Notes: a model not told the origin generated them from the letters alone. A stretch of DNA of 59,146 nucleotides, filler included, from Candidatus Woesearchaeota archaeon (GCA_002685855.1; 4 parts of 4 records of this genome joined end to end with filler, not necessarily neighbours in it), one strand, 5' to 3'; positions 28,807 through 38,901 are shown, counted from the first letter of the whole stretch. Made by a program: numbers and translations.

Positions 28807-30693
28807 TTACCTGAGTCTGATACTGTCCAGGTTGCGAGGTGCTACGGTTTCGATCTTGTAGGCGCGTCGTATGCTTCCGCAGAGGTCGAGGATGCGGGAG
28901 TTTTCGCCGTGGTTGACGATGACTTTTTTGGGGCGAGGGATGCATTTTCCTACGAAGTTCATGAGTTCGGATCTGTCTGAGTGGGCGCTGATTTCTATTT
29001 TGTGGACTTCCATTTTTATGGGGATGACGTCGTTTTTTTGGCCATCTTTGAAGATGATTTCTCTTTCCCCTCTTTGTATGCGGCGTCCGAGGCTTCCTTC
29101 TGCCTGGTAGCAGCTGAAGACAAGGCTGTTTTTTGCGTTGTCGGCGAGGTGTTTTAGGTATTCTACGCTGGGTCCTCCGATGAGCATTCCTGATGTTGCG
29201 ACGAGGATGCAGGGGCCTTCTTCTTCGATGACCTGTTTTCGTTCTTTTTGTGATCCGACACGTTTGATGTTTTTTGCGAGGAAGGGATTGTTTTCTGTGT
29301 GGAAGATTTGTTGGCGTACTGTTGAGTTGAGGAATTCTGGATAGGCGGTGTGGATTGCGGTGATGTCCCATACTAATCCGTCGATGTAGAGGGGGATCTC
29401 TGGGATCTTTTTTTCTCTGATAAGTTTGTCGAGGATGATGATGACCTCTTGTGCTCTTCCGCTTCCGAGTGTTGGCATGAGTATTTTTCCGCCTCTGTTG
29501 ATGGTATTCACAATGATTTCTGCGAGGTATTTGTCTTGTTCTTTTGCAGGGGCCATGACGTTGTCCTTGCCGCCGTAGGTGGCTTCGATCATGAGGGTTT
29601 CGAGTCTTGGAAATTTGGTTGCTGAAGGGGAGAGGAGTTGGGTTTTTCCGAATTTCATGTCTCCTGTGTAGAGCATGTTGTGCAGGCCGTTTCCGATGTG
29701 GAGGTGGACCATTGCGCTTCCGAGGATGTGTCCTGCTTCGTAGAGGGTGAGTCGTACGTCGGGGGTGATGTCTGTGACTTCTTCGTAGTTGAGGGTTACG
29801 GTGTGTTTGAGGCATTCTTTGACTTCTTCGCTTGTGAAGATAGGTTCTTTTCCTTCTCCGCGCATGATTTTTATCATGTCGAGTTGTAGTAGGCTCATGA
29901 TGTCTCGTGTTGGTTCTGTGCAGTATACAGGTCCTCTGTAGCCGAATTTGAAGAGATAGGGTAATAATCCTGTATGGTCGAGGTGTGCGTGGCTGATGAT
30001 GACTGCGTCGAGTTCTTTCATGTTGAATTCTGGGCTGTCCAGATAGGGGTAGTCTCCTTCATGTGAGGGGTCTATTCCACAGTCGAGGAGGATTCTGCTT
30101 TCCGGTGTTTGGAGAAGGAGGCAGCTTCTTCCTATCTGTCTTGCGCCACCGAGGTAGCTGATGCGTACCCATTCTTCTTTTTTTGCTCTGAGCCAGCCGT
30201 TGTAGATGCGTTCTCCTGTTTTGTGGAGGAATTTTCTTCTGTAGTCGCTGTTTTGGTAGAGTACGGCTCTGATGTTTTCTATGATGTTAGATCTGATTGG
30301 GGGGGTTCGTTTGATGATGGGAACCCAGCGGGTTTGTTTTTTTATTTCAAGGAGGTTTTCTCCTTGTTTTCCTATTGCTAATCCGGGTTTTTCTGATTCG
30401 AGAATTACGATGCTTCGTTGGGGGTCGAAGATGAGGTTGTCGATCTGTGTTTCTTTGCCGATGATCTCTTTTATGATTTTTTCTGCTTTTTCCTCTTCGA
30501 TGGTTATGGATGGGTCGGGTCGGAGTTCGATGCGTTTTTTTATTTTTCCGACTATTTCCTTGATCATTCCTTTGTTGTCGAGGAAGAAGTCTATGTCTTT
30601 TGTGTAGAGAACGATGTTTGCTCCTTCAAATGTTGCGTCGTTGATTTTTCCTGTTGGTAGGTCTTTAAGGATTTCTTGTAATATGTCACTCAC
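28807..30693 (-). CDS. fttA: aCPSF1/FttA beta-CASP ribonuclease with KH domains
   Basis: PGLAIGKQG KH motif, SHAHLDH, AGHILGSA, SAHSDR; follows psmB as is typical in archaea. Confidence 0.96.
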   Translation of the reverse strand: MSDILQEILKDLPTGKINDATFEGANIVLYTKDIDFFLDNKGMIKEIVGKIKKRIELRPDPSITIEEEKAEKIIKEIIGKETQIDNLIFDPQRSIVILESEKPGLAIGKQGENLLEIKKQTRWVPIIKRTPPIRSNIIENIRAVLYQNSDYRRKFLHKTGERIYNGWLRAKKEEWVRISYLGGARQIGRSCLLLQTPESRILLDCGIDPSHEGDYPYLDSPEFNMKELDAVIISHAHLDHTGLLPYLFKFGYRGPVYCTEPTRDIMSLLQLDMIKIMRGEGKEPIFTSEEVKECLKHTVTLNYEEVTDITPDVRLTLYEAGHILGSAMVHLHIGNGLHNMLYTGDMKFGKTQLLSPSATKFPRLETLMIEATYGGKDNVMAPAKEQDKYLAEIIVNTINRGGKILMPTLGSGRAQEVIIILDKLIREKKIPEIPLYIDGLVWDITAIHTAYPEFLNSTVRQQIFHTENNPFLAKNIKRVGSQKERKQVIEEEGPCILVATSGMLIGGPSVEYLKHLADNAKNSLVFSCYQAEGSLGRRIQRGEREIIFKDGQKNDVIPIKMEVHKIEISAHSDRSELMNFVGKCIPRPKKVIVNHGENSRILDLCGSIRRAYKIETVAPRNLDSIRLR

Positions 30694-30727
30694 TAGAATG
30701 CACCTCTTGTATGTTAAAAAAATGTAT

Positions 30728-31354
30728 TTAGAGTTTTGTTTCTACGATTTTTTCTAAAACTTCTCGGACGCCATCTTTTGTGATGACGACGACGTTTATG
30801 CCGTTTCCGCTTGCTGAGTCTCTCTGCATTGCTGTGTTTATGCACTTGATTGCGAGTTCTACGCCTTCTTGTTCTGTTAAGCCGGGTTTGTATTCTGATT
30901 CGAGAACTCCGTAGACAAATACTGATCCTGATCCTGAGCTGACAAAGTCGTCAATTTCGCTGACTGCTCCGTCTGGGTAGAGGTCGAATAGGTGAAGGTC
31001 TGTGTCTGCTCCTGCTAATATGAAGTGTGTGATGCCAGGTATTACAGAGAAGTTTCTGATGTTGCCGTACATGTATCCTGCAAGGAGGTTTGCTACTTCT
31101 TTGAGGGTGTTTTCTCTTCCGGTTCTGATCTCTTTGAGTTTGAGTTCGGCTTTGAGGAGTTTTACTAAGAGTTGGATGTCTGATACTGTTCCTGCTGTTG
31201 TGATGGCTATCTTGTTGTTTATTGGGATTACTTTTTTTACTTTTTTGTCTGCTATAAAGTGGCCTGCTGTGGCTCGTTTGTCTGCTGCCAGGATAAGGGC
31301 ATCTTTACAGACGATTCCTACTGTTGTTGTTCCAGTTTTGAGAGATTCTTCCAC
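30728..31354 (-). CDS. psmB: proteasome subunit beta
   Basis: KTG/TTTVG propeptide site, ADKRATAG, GSGS, RDSASG. Confidence 0.97.
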   Translation of the reverse strand: MEESLKTGTTTVGIVCKDALILAADKRATAGHFIADKKVKKVIPINNKIAITTAGTVSDIQLLVKLLKAELKLKEIRTGRENTLKEVANLLAGYMYGNIRNFSVIPGITHFILAGADTDLHLFDLYPDGAVSEIDDFVSSGSGSVFVYGVLESEYKPGLTEQEGVELAIKCINTAMQRDSASGNGINVVVITKDGVREVLEKIVETKL

Positions 31355-31442
31355 TCTGTTTTCACCATATTTTTATTCGGAGAATGCTTTTCTTGATGGC
31401 TGTAACGGGTTTCTTTTTATAAAGTTTTTGGTTATTCTACTA

Positions 31443-31952
31443 TTAATAGGATGGAAGGGCAGGGCAGGGACCGGCTATTGTTGGGGTTCCTGTAGCGTCT
31501 TTTACATTGGCGAGGAGGGTTCCTGTTGCTCTGTGTATGGGAGAGCCTGTCTCTCGTTGGTAGAGGATTTCGATGTTGAATTTTACCTTGTTTCTGGGCG
31601 GGAGTTCGGGTGCAAAGGGAAGGCAGGAGAATGACTCTGTTGTTGATGGGTCAAATCCGCCTATTCTACAATTACACTCATCGATGTGGCCATAGCTTTC
31701 TGTTGAGATATTGAGGTAGTGGATCATGATGGGTTTGCCAAATTCGTTTCTGATGTCGAGTTCTACGAGGTTTTTGAATACTTCGAAGTCGACGCATTGG
31801 AGCTGGTTGCTGATTTCGCAGGATTCTTTTATGTATCTGCTGGGTGAGAGGATGCCGAAGTAGCTGAGTGTTCCGATTGTGAGGAGGATGAGGACGAGTA
31901 TCCAGCCGTAGGTTACTATAAATTCAAGGCTTATCTGGGCTTTTGTTTTCAT
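31443..31952 (-). CDS. type IV pilin-like protein (class III signal peptide)
   Basis: KA/QISLEFIVTYGW plus hydrophobic helix, then Cys pairs. Confidence 0.8.
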   Translation of the reverse strand: MKTKAQISLEFIVTYGWILVLILLTIGTLSYFGILSPSRYIKESCEISNQLQCVDFEVFKNLVELDIRNEFGKPIMIHYLNISTESYGHIDECNCRIGGFDPSTTESFSCLPFAPELPPRNKVKFNIEILYQRETGSPIHRATGTLLANVKDATGTPTIAGPCPALPSY

Positions 31953-32422
31953 TGGACTGCTCCGCTTATTGTTCCTTGTACGTTGTGGGTTCTTGTGCTT
32001 GCTATTTTATTGTGGACGATGTTGAGGCCTAGTTCTTCTCTTTGTCCTGGTGTGAATACTGTTGTTAGAAAGTCGCAGGTGAATTCAAGGGTTTCTCCGT
32101 TCTGCATGAGGACGGGTGGTGGTGGGCTGGGCGGATCACAAGGGATCTCTTCTTCTGTTGTAAGGGATTTGGCTTGGAGACGTACTTCTGCCTGGTGGCC
32201 GAGGTTGTTTCTGAGCATGAGTTGTGCTCTTCCTTTTCCTGCATTATCTACGAGTTGGAACTCTTCGCAGGCGAATTCTGTTCCTGTCTGGCAGGAGTCT
32301 GGGAGAAGTCTGTCTGTGTTTGAAAAACCAAGATAGGCAATTGCAGCAAGACCTAAAAGGATCATCATTAATGCCCAGCCATAGGTTGTTATAAATTCTA
32401 GGGATGCTTGTGCTTTTTGCAT
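31949..32422 (-). CDS. type IV pilin-like protein (class III signal peptide)
   Basis: KA/QASLEFITTYGW plus hydrophobic helix; paralog of its neighbour. Confidence 0.8.
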   Translation of the reverse strand: MQKAQASLEFITTYGWALMMILLGLAAIAYLGFSNTDRLLPDSCQTGTEFACEEFQLVDNAGKGRAQLMLRNNLGHQAEVRLQAKSLTTEEEIPCDPPSPPPPVLMQNGETLEFTCDFLTTVFTPGQREELGLNIVHNKIASTRTHNVQGTISGAVQ

Positions 32423-32465
32423 ATTTAATTTCCTAGAAGCTGTTTTTTATAAATGTTTGTACAAA

Positions 32466-32565
32466 NNNNNNNNNNNNNNNNNNNNNNNNNNNNNNNNNNN
32501 NNNNNNNNNTTAATTAATTAANNNNNNNNNNNNNNNNNNNNNNNNNNNNNNNNNNNNNNNNNNNN
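32466..32565. other. artificial contig linker
   Basis: N run with TTAATTAATTAA. Confidence 0.98.
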
Positions 32566-32855
32566 AAATAATAAAAATTAAATTCTGCATCCCGGGCACG
32601 CTCAATCATCTTCTCAAAACTATCCTCAGGATACCCTACATCATCATTACTATTAATCCCAACAACATCCAGCTCATCCTCAAACTCCTCCTGAATCTGC
32701 TTAATACGCTCCTCATACGCCTCTGCATATGGACAATGATTGCACGTAAACACAACCAACAGCAACTTTTTCCTAAAAAAACCATCAGAATACTCCTTCC
32801 CATCAACAGCAGTCAGCTTAAAAGGAACAATCCCATCTCCAATTTTTAATCCCAT
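32566..32855 (-). CDS. thioredoxin-fold AhpC/TSA family protein, truncated
   Basis: FTCNHCPY, GINSND..YPEDSFEKM. Confidence 0.88.
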
Positions 32856-32932
32856 ACGATCACCTGCCCAAAGGACTCAAAACACCTTTTAAATGATTTG
32901 TAACCATTGACAAGTAATAACATACCGAAAGA

Positions 32933-32940
32933 TTTATAAA
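32933..32940 (+). promoter_or_regulatory. BRE-TATA promoter
   Basis: CCGAAAGA-TTTATAAA 24 nt before the ATG at 32965. Confidence 0.6.
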
Positions 32941-32964
32941 GAAAGGTACTCTCATCTCGCTGAT

Positions 32965-33384
32965 ATGGCAAAAACCAAAGCAAAAAAGAGAAGATCAGCA
33001 CAAACAAACGGAGAACTCACAGATCTCCTTACACAGAAGTCTCAGGACATCTTCGACCTTCCAGAACCCTGGAACCATACAGGAACACACCAGGAAATAG
33101 ACCCAGAAGGCTACATCATAACAACACTCTCCTACCAATACAACTCAACACCCATCACCATGGAGATAAAAGTCTATAAAGACAGAGCAGGAACACCCAA
33201 AAAAGTAGCTCAAACAGTCTATCGGCCCGCCAAACACAACGGTGGACGCAGACCTCTCTGTGAAGCACCAACAAGATATTGCAAAGACAAAACAGTACTC
33301 AATAAAGACATCACAGAATACCTAGAAAGACACACTCCCAGAATAGAAGAAGTAGCAGCACGTACTCTTCCAACTCACACCTAA
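32965..33384 (+). CDS. hypothetical protein
   Basis: 139-aa ORF with promoter at leaderless distance. Confidence 0.65.
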   Translation: MAKTKAKKRRSAQTNGELTDLLTQKSQDIFDLPEPWNHTGTHQEIDPEGYIITTLSYQYNSTPITMEIKVYKDRAGTPKKVAQTVYRPAKHNGGRRPLCEAPTRYCKDKTVLNKDITEYLERHTPRIEEVAARTLPTHT

Positions 33385-33425
33385 TCTTCCCAAAGATTAA
33401 TAAACCCCTTCTTTTCCATCCCTGA

Positions 33426-34952
33426 ATGGAACAAAAAACCCTTCTCCAACAGATCGAACTATTCGAACTTGAACTTATGCAGGAATACCACCAACACTCT
33501 CTCGGAATAACCGAAACCATCAACACAGAAACCATCTACAAAAAATTCAATGAACTATTCAAAAAAGAACACATCACCACCCAAAAAACCGTTCTCAAAA
33601 CACTCACAGACCACTTCCAGAAAAGAGAACACACCTACCTCTTAAAATTCTTCATCGAACACTGGCTCGAACACCACCTCACAAAACTAAGCGACACCCT
33701 TTCAAACAAAGAAGCATCCGCAACAGTAACCTGGAAAGACAAAAAAATACCCCTCAGACAACTCGGAATAGAAATAGCAAACACACCCGAACAACAAACA
33801 AGAAAACAGATGTACGAACTCAGCATCCCCATAAAAGAAGAACTCCTCAAACTCGAAAAAGAGATACTCGAAAAAGCAAACACCCTCAGAACAGAACTCG
33901 GATACAATACAGAAATAGAACTCTACAAAGAACTCAAAGAAGTAGACTACAAACAACTCCTCCAACAACTCCTCCCATTACTCACACAAACAGAAACAAT
34001 CTACACCCACCAACTAAAAAAACTCCTCAAACAACACAACCTCTATATCAACAATATCCACCATTATGATCTCTCCTTCCTCATGCGCGCAAAACAGTTC
34101 GACACCCACTTCCCAAAAGAACAGGCAATTTCCACATTAAAACAAACCTGGCTCAGCCTCGGATTCGATCTCAACACACAAAAAAACATCATCATCGACG
34201 CAGAAGAACGCCCTAAAAAAGTGCCCCGCGCCTACTGCATGCCACTCAAAGTACCCCAGGAAGTCCACCTCGTCATCAAACCCAAAGGAGGACAAGACGA
34301 CTACCAGGCACTCCTCCACGAATCAGGACATAGCCAACACTACGCCAATACAAACAACGAACTCCCTTACCCCTTCAAACACATGGGCGACCATGCAGTC
34401 AGCGAAACCTACGCATTCCTATTAGAATACCTGACATTAAGCAAAGAATGGCTCACAACCTACACATCATTGAAAGAAGAATCCCTTACAAACTACCTCG
34501 ACTTCAACTGGCTCATCAACCTCTTCTTTGTCAGACGCTACATCGCAAAGTTCATCTACGAAATGAAATTCTATTCCAACGACCTCAGAAAACTCGACAA
34601 AGAATTCCAGCCAACAAACCAAACATACAATTCAAGAGCAGCGATGTACAACCACATCCTCACCCAAGCAACCCACTTCGACTACCCCGAAATTAACTAT
34701 CTGTCGGACATCGACTCAGGATTCTACGTTGCAGACTACCTCAGGGCATGGGTCATGGAAGCACAACTAAGATCCGTCCTCATAAACAAGTTCACAAACA
34801 CCTGGTTCACTAACAAAGAAGCAGGAGACTACCTCAAAACCTACTGGACACATGGAAACAAACTCAACATCAACGAAATAGCCAAGCAGGCAGGATTCCA
34901 AAACCTCGACATCCAGCCCCTCCTCCAGCAGCTCTCTCATCCCCCTACATAA
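33426..34952 (+). CDS. M3-like gluzincin metallopeptidase
   Basis: IDAEERPKKVPRAYC, LLHESGHSQH, SETYAFLLE, YVADYLRAW. Confidence 0.82.
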   Translation: MEQKTLLQQIELFELELMQEYHQHSLGITETINTETIYKKFNELFKKEHITTQKTVLKTLTDHFQKREHTYLLKFFIEHWLEHHLTKLSDTLSNKEASATVTWKDKKIPLRQLGIEIANTPEQQTRKQMYELSIPIKEELLKLEKEILEKANTLRTELGYNTEIELYKELKEVDYKQLLQQLLPLLTQTETIYTHQLKKLLKQHNLYINNIHHYDLSFLMRAKQFDTHFPKEQAISTLKQTWLSLGFDLNTQKNIIIDAEERPKKVPRAYCMPLKVPQEVHLVIKPKGGQDDYQALLHESGHSQHYANTNNELPYPFKHMGDHAVSETYAFLLEYLTLSKEWLTTYTSLKEESLTNYLDFNWLINLFFVRRYIAKFIYEMKFYSNDLRKLDKEFQPTNQTYNSRAAMYNHILTQATHFDYPEINYLSDIDSGFYVADYLRAWVMEAQLRSVLINKFTNTWFTNKEAGDYLKTYWTHGNKLNINEIAKQAGFQNLDIQPLLQQLSHPPT

Positions 34953-35079
34953 CACAACAACAAAAGCCCACCTCTACGCTCTCTTTTACGTCGCCAAAAC
35001 CACATCTTTCCTTTCTATAGCTCCAACAGCCATTGAAGTCTTCAACATATTTAAATAGAAGCTCCTCTTTTACAAAGAA

Positions 35080-37209
35080 ATGACATACAAAACAACCCTA
35101 TTACTAACACTCGTACTACTCGCAACGCTGGCAGCATGCACTCCGCAACAAGACACCTCTGCACCAAAAACCTTTGAATCAAAACAGCAGATCATGGATC
35201 ACATAGAAGAATCAAGATCCGGAATGTTCGGAAGAGGACTCTTCGTAGGACAAACAAAAACAATGGTTGCAGACTCAGCCACGCTGGGCGCAGTAGAAGC
35301 AGCCGCACCTTCTGCATCAGACTTCTCCACAACCAACATCCAGGTCCAGGGAGTTGACGAAGCAGACATCATAAAAAACGACGGTAAATACATCTACACC
35401 CTCTCCGACCAAACCCTTTCCATAGTAAAAGCCTACCCTGCAGAAGATGCAGAAATCCTCTCGCAAATCCAATTCAACGATCGACCATTTGAACTATTCA
35501 TCAACAACGATCGCCTCATCATTTTCGTAGACACCCAGAGCTATAACGAAGAATCCCTTTCTGGAAAACAGGTTGGCGGAACCAAAGTTATCCAAAGCTA
35601 TCCTCGCTACACAAGAACAACCAACTCAATCATCTACGACATCACAGACAGAACATCTCTCGAAAAAATCCGAACAATAAGCATGGACGGCTACTATCAC
35701 GACTCAAGAATGATCGACAACACCATCTACTTCATAACAAACCAATACATCCCCCACTACTCTGATTACGAATTAGAGCTTCCAATCATCGCCTACGATG
35801 GCATCGAAATACAAAAAACACCCTCAGACATCCACTATTTCAACATCATCGACAACAGATACCAGTTCACAAACATCGTCGCCTTCAACACCAATACTCC
35901 TGAAGTAAAATCCACAACCTACCTTACAGGAAACTCCAACACCCTCTATGCCTCAACAGACGCACTCTACATCACACAAGAACACTACATGCATCCAAGA
36001 ATAATGAGAGACCTCTTCCTTGAAAAGGTCATCCTTCCCGCCCTTCCTTCACTAGAGAAAACATCCATACAAAAAATTCAAAATACAGACAACAAAACCC
36101 ACGAACAGGATCAGGAGATAGCATCAATCCTTAACAACTACATGGAAAGCCTCACAGAAACAGCAGTAGAAACACTCTACACCGTAATGCTTGAAGGACA
36201 AGAAGAACTCGAAAAAGAGCTCGAAAAAGAAAAGGAAAAAACATCCATCCACAAAATAAAACTCGACAAAACAACCATAGAATACACAAACACAGGAATC
36301 GTTCCCGGAAGAGTCCTAAACCAGTTCTCTATGGACGAACATCTAGGAAACTTCCGAATAGCCACAACCACAGGAAGACTTACCCGATCAAACGATCTGT
36401 CAACAACAAAAAACCATGTCTACGTCCTCGACGAAACCATGACCCTTATCGGATCCCTTGAAGACCTTGCACCCGGCGAAAGCATCTACTCAGCAAGATT
36501 CATGGGAGACCGCGCATACCTTGTAACATTCCAAAAAGTAGATCCCCTCTTTGTCATCGACCTCTCCATACCCGAACAACCAACCCTGTTAGGAAAACTC
36601 AAAATTCCTGGTTACTCAGACTACCTCCATCCCTATGATGAAAACCACATCATCGGCCTGGGCAAAGAGGCAATAGCAGCAGAAGAAGGAGACTTCGCCT
36701 GGTATCAGGGAGTAAAACTAGCACTCTTCGACGTATCCGACCCCACTAACCCTAAAGAACTCGCCAACTACCAAATAGGAGATAGAGGAACAGAAAGCTA
36801 CGCCCTCCATGACCACAAGGCCTTCCTCTTCAGCAAATCAAAAAACCTCCTCGTACTTCCCATCCTCCTTGCAGAATTCGACGAAGAACAACCCACAGAA
36901 CAACGTAATAGGTGGCAACGCGGAGACTACACCTACCAGGGCGCATACATCTTCACCCTTTCACCCGAACAAGGCATCCAGCTCAAAGGAAGAATAACCC
37001 ATGTCGAAGACCAAACATCCTTCCTAAAAAGCGGCTACTACTATTACAACAACCACGACGCAATAAAACGAAGCCTCTACATGGACAACACCCTCTACAC
37101 CATCTCAACAGGATCAATCAAGATGAACAACCTCGACGATCTTGAAGAGGTGAATAGGGTAACCCTGATAGAACAAGAAGAAACGCCCCGACCCTTCCAG
37201 ATAGCATAA
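35080..37209 (+). CDS. secreted beta-propeller domain protein, lipoprotein-like signal
   Basis: LAAC lipobox-like; STTNIQVQGVDEADIIKNDG, LNQFSMDE, FQKVDPLFVIDL, LKIPGYSDYLHP. Confidence 0.9.
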   Translation: MTYKTTLLLTLVLLATLAACTPQQDTSAPKTFESKQQIMDHIEESRSGMFGRGLFVGQTKTMVADSATLGAVEAAAPSASDFSTTNIQVQGVDEADIIKNDGKYIYTLSDQTLSIVKAYPAEDAEILSQIQFNDRPFELFINNDRLIIFVDTQSYNEESLSGKQVGGTKVIQSYPRYTRTTNSIIYDITDRTSLEKIRTISMDGYYHDSRMIDNTIYFITNQYIPHYSDYELELPIIAYDGIEIQKTPSDIHYFNIIDNRYQFTNIVAFNTNTPEVKSTTYLTGNSNTLYASTDALYITQEHYMHPRIMRDLFLEKVILPALPSLEKTSIQKIQNTDNKTHEQDQEIASILNNYMESLTETAVETLYTVMLEGQEELEKELEKEKEKTSIHKIKLDKTTIEYTNTGIVPGRVLNQFSMDEHLGNFRIATTTGRLTRSNDLSTTKNHVYVLDETMTLIGSLEDLAPGESIYSARFMGDRAYLVTFQKVDPLFVIDLSIPEQPTLLGKLKIPGYSDYLHPYDENHIIGLGKEAIAAEEGDFAWYQGVKLALFDVSDPTNPKELANYQIGDRGTESYALHDHKAFLFSKSKNLLVLPILLAEFDEEQPTEQRNRWQRGDYTYQGAYIFTLSPEQGIQLKGRITHVEDQTSFLKSGYYYYNNHDAIKRSLYMDNTLYTISTGSIKMNNLDDLEEVNRVTLIEQEETPRPFQIA

Positions 37210-37330
37210 AGAAACACCTTTAAACCCTCTTCATCCATTTCCCCCACGGACTACCAAGCAGAGATCAACAAGATCGAACACGTCAGAACCTGGATGACTA
37301 AGGTCTCCTCCTTCAAACACAAAAAAAACA

Positions 37331-37506
37331 CGCCCAGGGTGGGACTTTCAGGGATCTTCCGATTTCTTCGCAGCCTACTGGACTTCACGAAGTGAACGTC
37401 CAGGAAGTCTTCTTCTACGAGATCTTTGAAAGATCTCCTTTGAACCCACGCTCCACAAGGGACGAGCTTAGCAGGCCCGCGCAATACCAGGCTATGCGAC
37501 CTGGGC
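37331..37506 (-). tRNA. tRNA-Ser(GCU) with a 94-nt T-loop intron (37345-37438)
   Basis: Spliced GCCCAGGTCGCATAGCCTGGTATTGCGCGGGCCTGCTAAGCTCGTCCCTTGTGGAGCGTGGGTTCAAATCCCACCCTGGGCG; TTCA/TGAA junction helix. Confidence 0.9.
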
Positions 37507-37604
37507 GTACCCCTATGGAACCCAACCCTTTTTTTAAACATTCCGATTCTAAACACATCCGCTCTAATAGGTAAATATTTAAACTTCAGACCCTCTCCTC
37601 AACC

Positions 37605-37964
37605 ATGACCAAACAACCCATCACAACCCTCAAAGAGGCCCAGGCCCTTGTCAAAAACTTTGCCCTCAGAAACAACTGGAAAGACACCCCCAACATCGAC
37701 AAGTTCGACCACCTCCACGAAGAGCTCCTTGAGATGTCTCAGCACCTCCGCTACAAAACAGAAGAACAAAGAATTCAAATCATCCAGGAAAAAAGAGAAG
37801 AATTCAAAGACGGAATAGGAGACCTCTTCTTCGCCCTCTGCCGACTCTCCAACCAGCTCAACATCGACATCGAGGAAGCCTTCAACACAGTAAAAGACGA
37901 AATCCTCGAAAAATACGATCACAAACAACAAGAAAACAATCTTACAAAAGACCAAGGGCTCTGA
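37605..37964 (+). CDS. MazG-like NTP pyrophosphohydrolase
   Basis: HLHEELLEM...DGIGDLFFAL..L.N.L.IDIEEAF. Confidence 0.8.
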   Translation: MTKQPITTLKEAQALVKNFALRNNWKDTPNIDKFDHLHEELLEMSQHLRYKTEEQRIQIIQEKREEFKDGIGDLFFALCRLSNQLNIDIEEAFNTVKDEILEKYDHKQQENNLTKDQGL

Positions 37965-37968
37965 ACTC

Positions 37969-38901
37969 CTAAACAGAACCTCTATATACTACGGCAGGAC
38001 GAACAGGTAACGACATATTACGCGCTATTCCACAATCTAGATAAAAATCTTCAGCACGTATCCCTATCCCGGTTACACTTCCGCCCGTGGGTGGAACATA
38101 GAGCATACTTCCTGATTTATCTCCGCCGTCTCTATACATGTGCCACTTCTTAGGCAGTCCGACATCGGTATGGTGTTCAATAAGCTCTTTGATAAGCAGA
38201 CTTCTTTTGTTTTCCAGCGTATTCTTCATCTTTTCCACGCACTTTCTGAGCCCTATTTCACCCACCTGTGGCCATTCAACAAAGAGGCCTTTCTCTCTCA
38301 TTGCATAACGCGCATGAACCCATTCCATGCTGTCATCTGTGTTGATACCTATTAATGCCTTTTCCAGCCGATTAGGGTCTACTTGCTCTCCCGAAGGACT
38401 AAACACAGGCTCCCTCGCATAGACTCCTCGTTGAAGCGTTCTGATAAATGCGAGATGGTGGACGGGCGCCATCATAAACTGTCCTTTATCATACAGGTAG
38501 GATAATGCTTCATCAAACGTAAATAATCGTGGAGTATGTCGACTACTGGGCTGATTATGATTATACTCAGAAATACAAACAGGATCAAGACCAACCTCGA
38601 TAAGCCCCTTGTTCTTTGTTGAAACAAGAATGTTCTCCTCCAATGAACTACCTTTAGAAGCTTCTTCAGATTTTTTGGGTTTACTCTCTTCGATCCCGCG
38701 TAGTAGAGTACTATTCAGTCCAATCTTCTCAGGAGAAACTCCGCACAACCGTGCCCCTTCCTCCACAAGCTCCCAGGCAAGCCCGCCTAATTTCTTGCCA
38801 CCATTTCGGATATCTAAACCAATATCAATAACGTTATCAAATGTGATAGGATTACCTTCTCTAATATTCTTCCCATAAAAATCTCTGCTGTCGCCTCTCA
38901 T
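37969..38901 (-). CDS. hypothetical protein with CLec/DGR-target-like C-terminus
   Basis: EWVHARY...GLPKK...YVPPTGGSV...FYLDC...SLPVRPAV; start placed at MRGDS from TATA spacing. Confidence 0.55.
   Translation of the reverse strand: MRGDSRDFYGKNIREGNPITFDNVIDIGLDIRNGGKKLGGLAWELVEEGARLCGVSPEKIGLNSTLLRGIEESKPKKSEEASKGSSLEENILVSTKNKGLIEVGLDPVCISEYNHNQPSSRHTPRLFTFDEALSYLYDKGQFMMAPVHHLAFIRTLQRGVYAREPVFSPSGEQVDPNRLEKALIGINTDDSMEWVHARYAMREKGLFVEWPQVGEIGLRKCVEKMKNTLENKRSLLIKELIEHHTDVGLPKKWHMYRDGGDKSGSMLYVPPTGGSVTGIGIRAEDFYLDCGIARNMSLPVRPAVVYRGSV

Noticed and set aside
28742..29815. 357-aa Arg/His/Pro-rich ORF overlapping fttA, and similar shadow ORFs elsewhere
   Set aside because: Alternative-frame artefacts of T-poor, A/C-biased coding strands that lack stop codons
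37251..37574. ORFs 37251-37556 and 37392-37574
   Set aside because: They overlap tRNA-Ser(GCU); spurious
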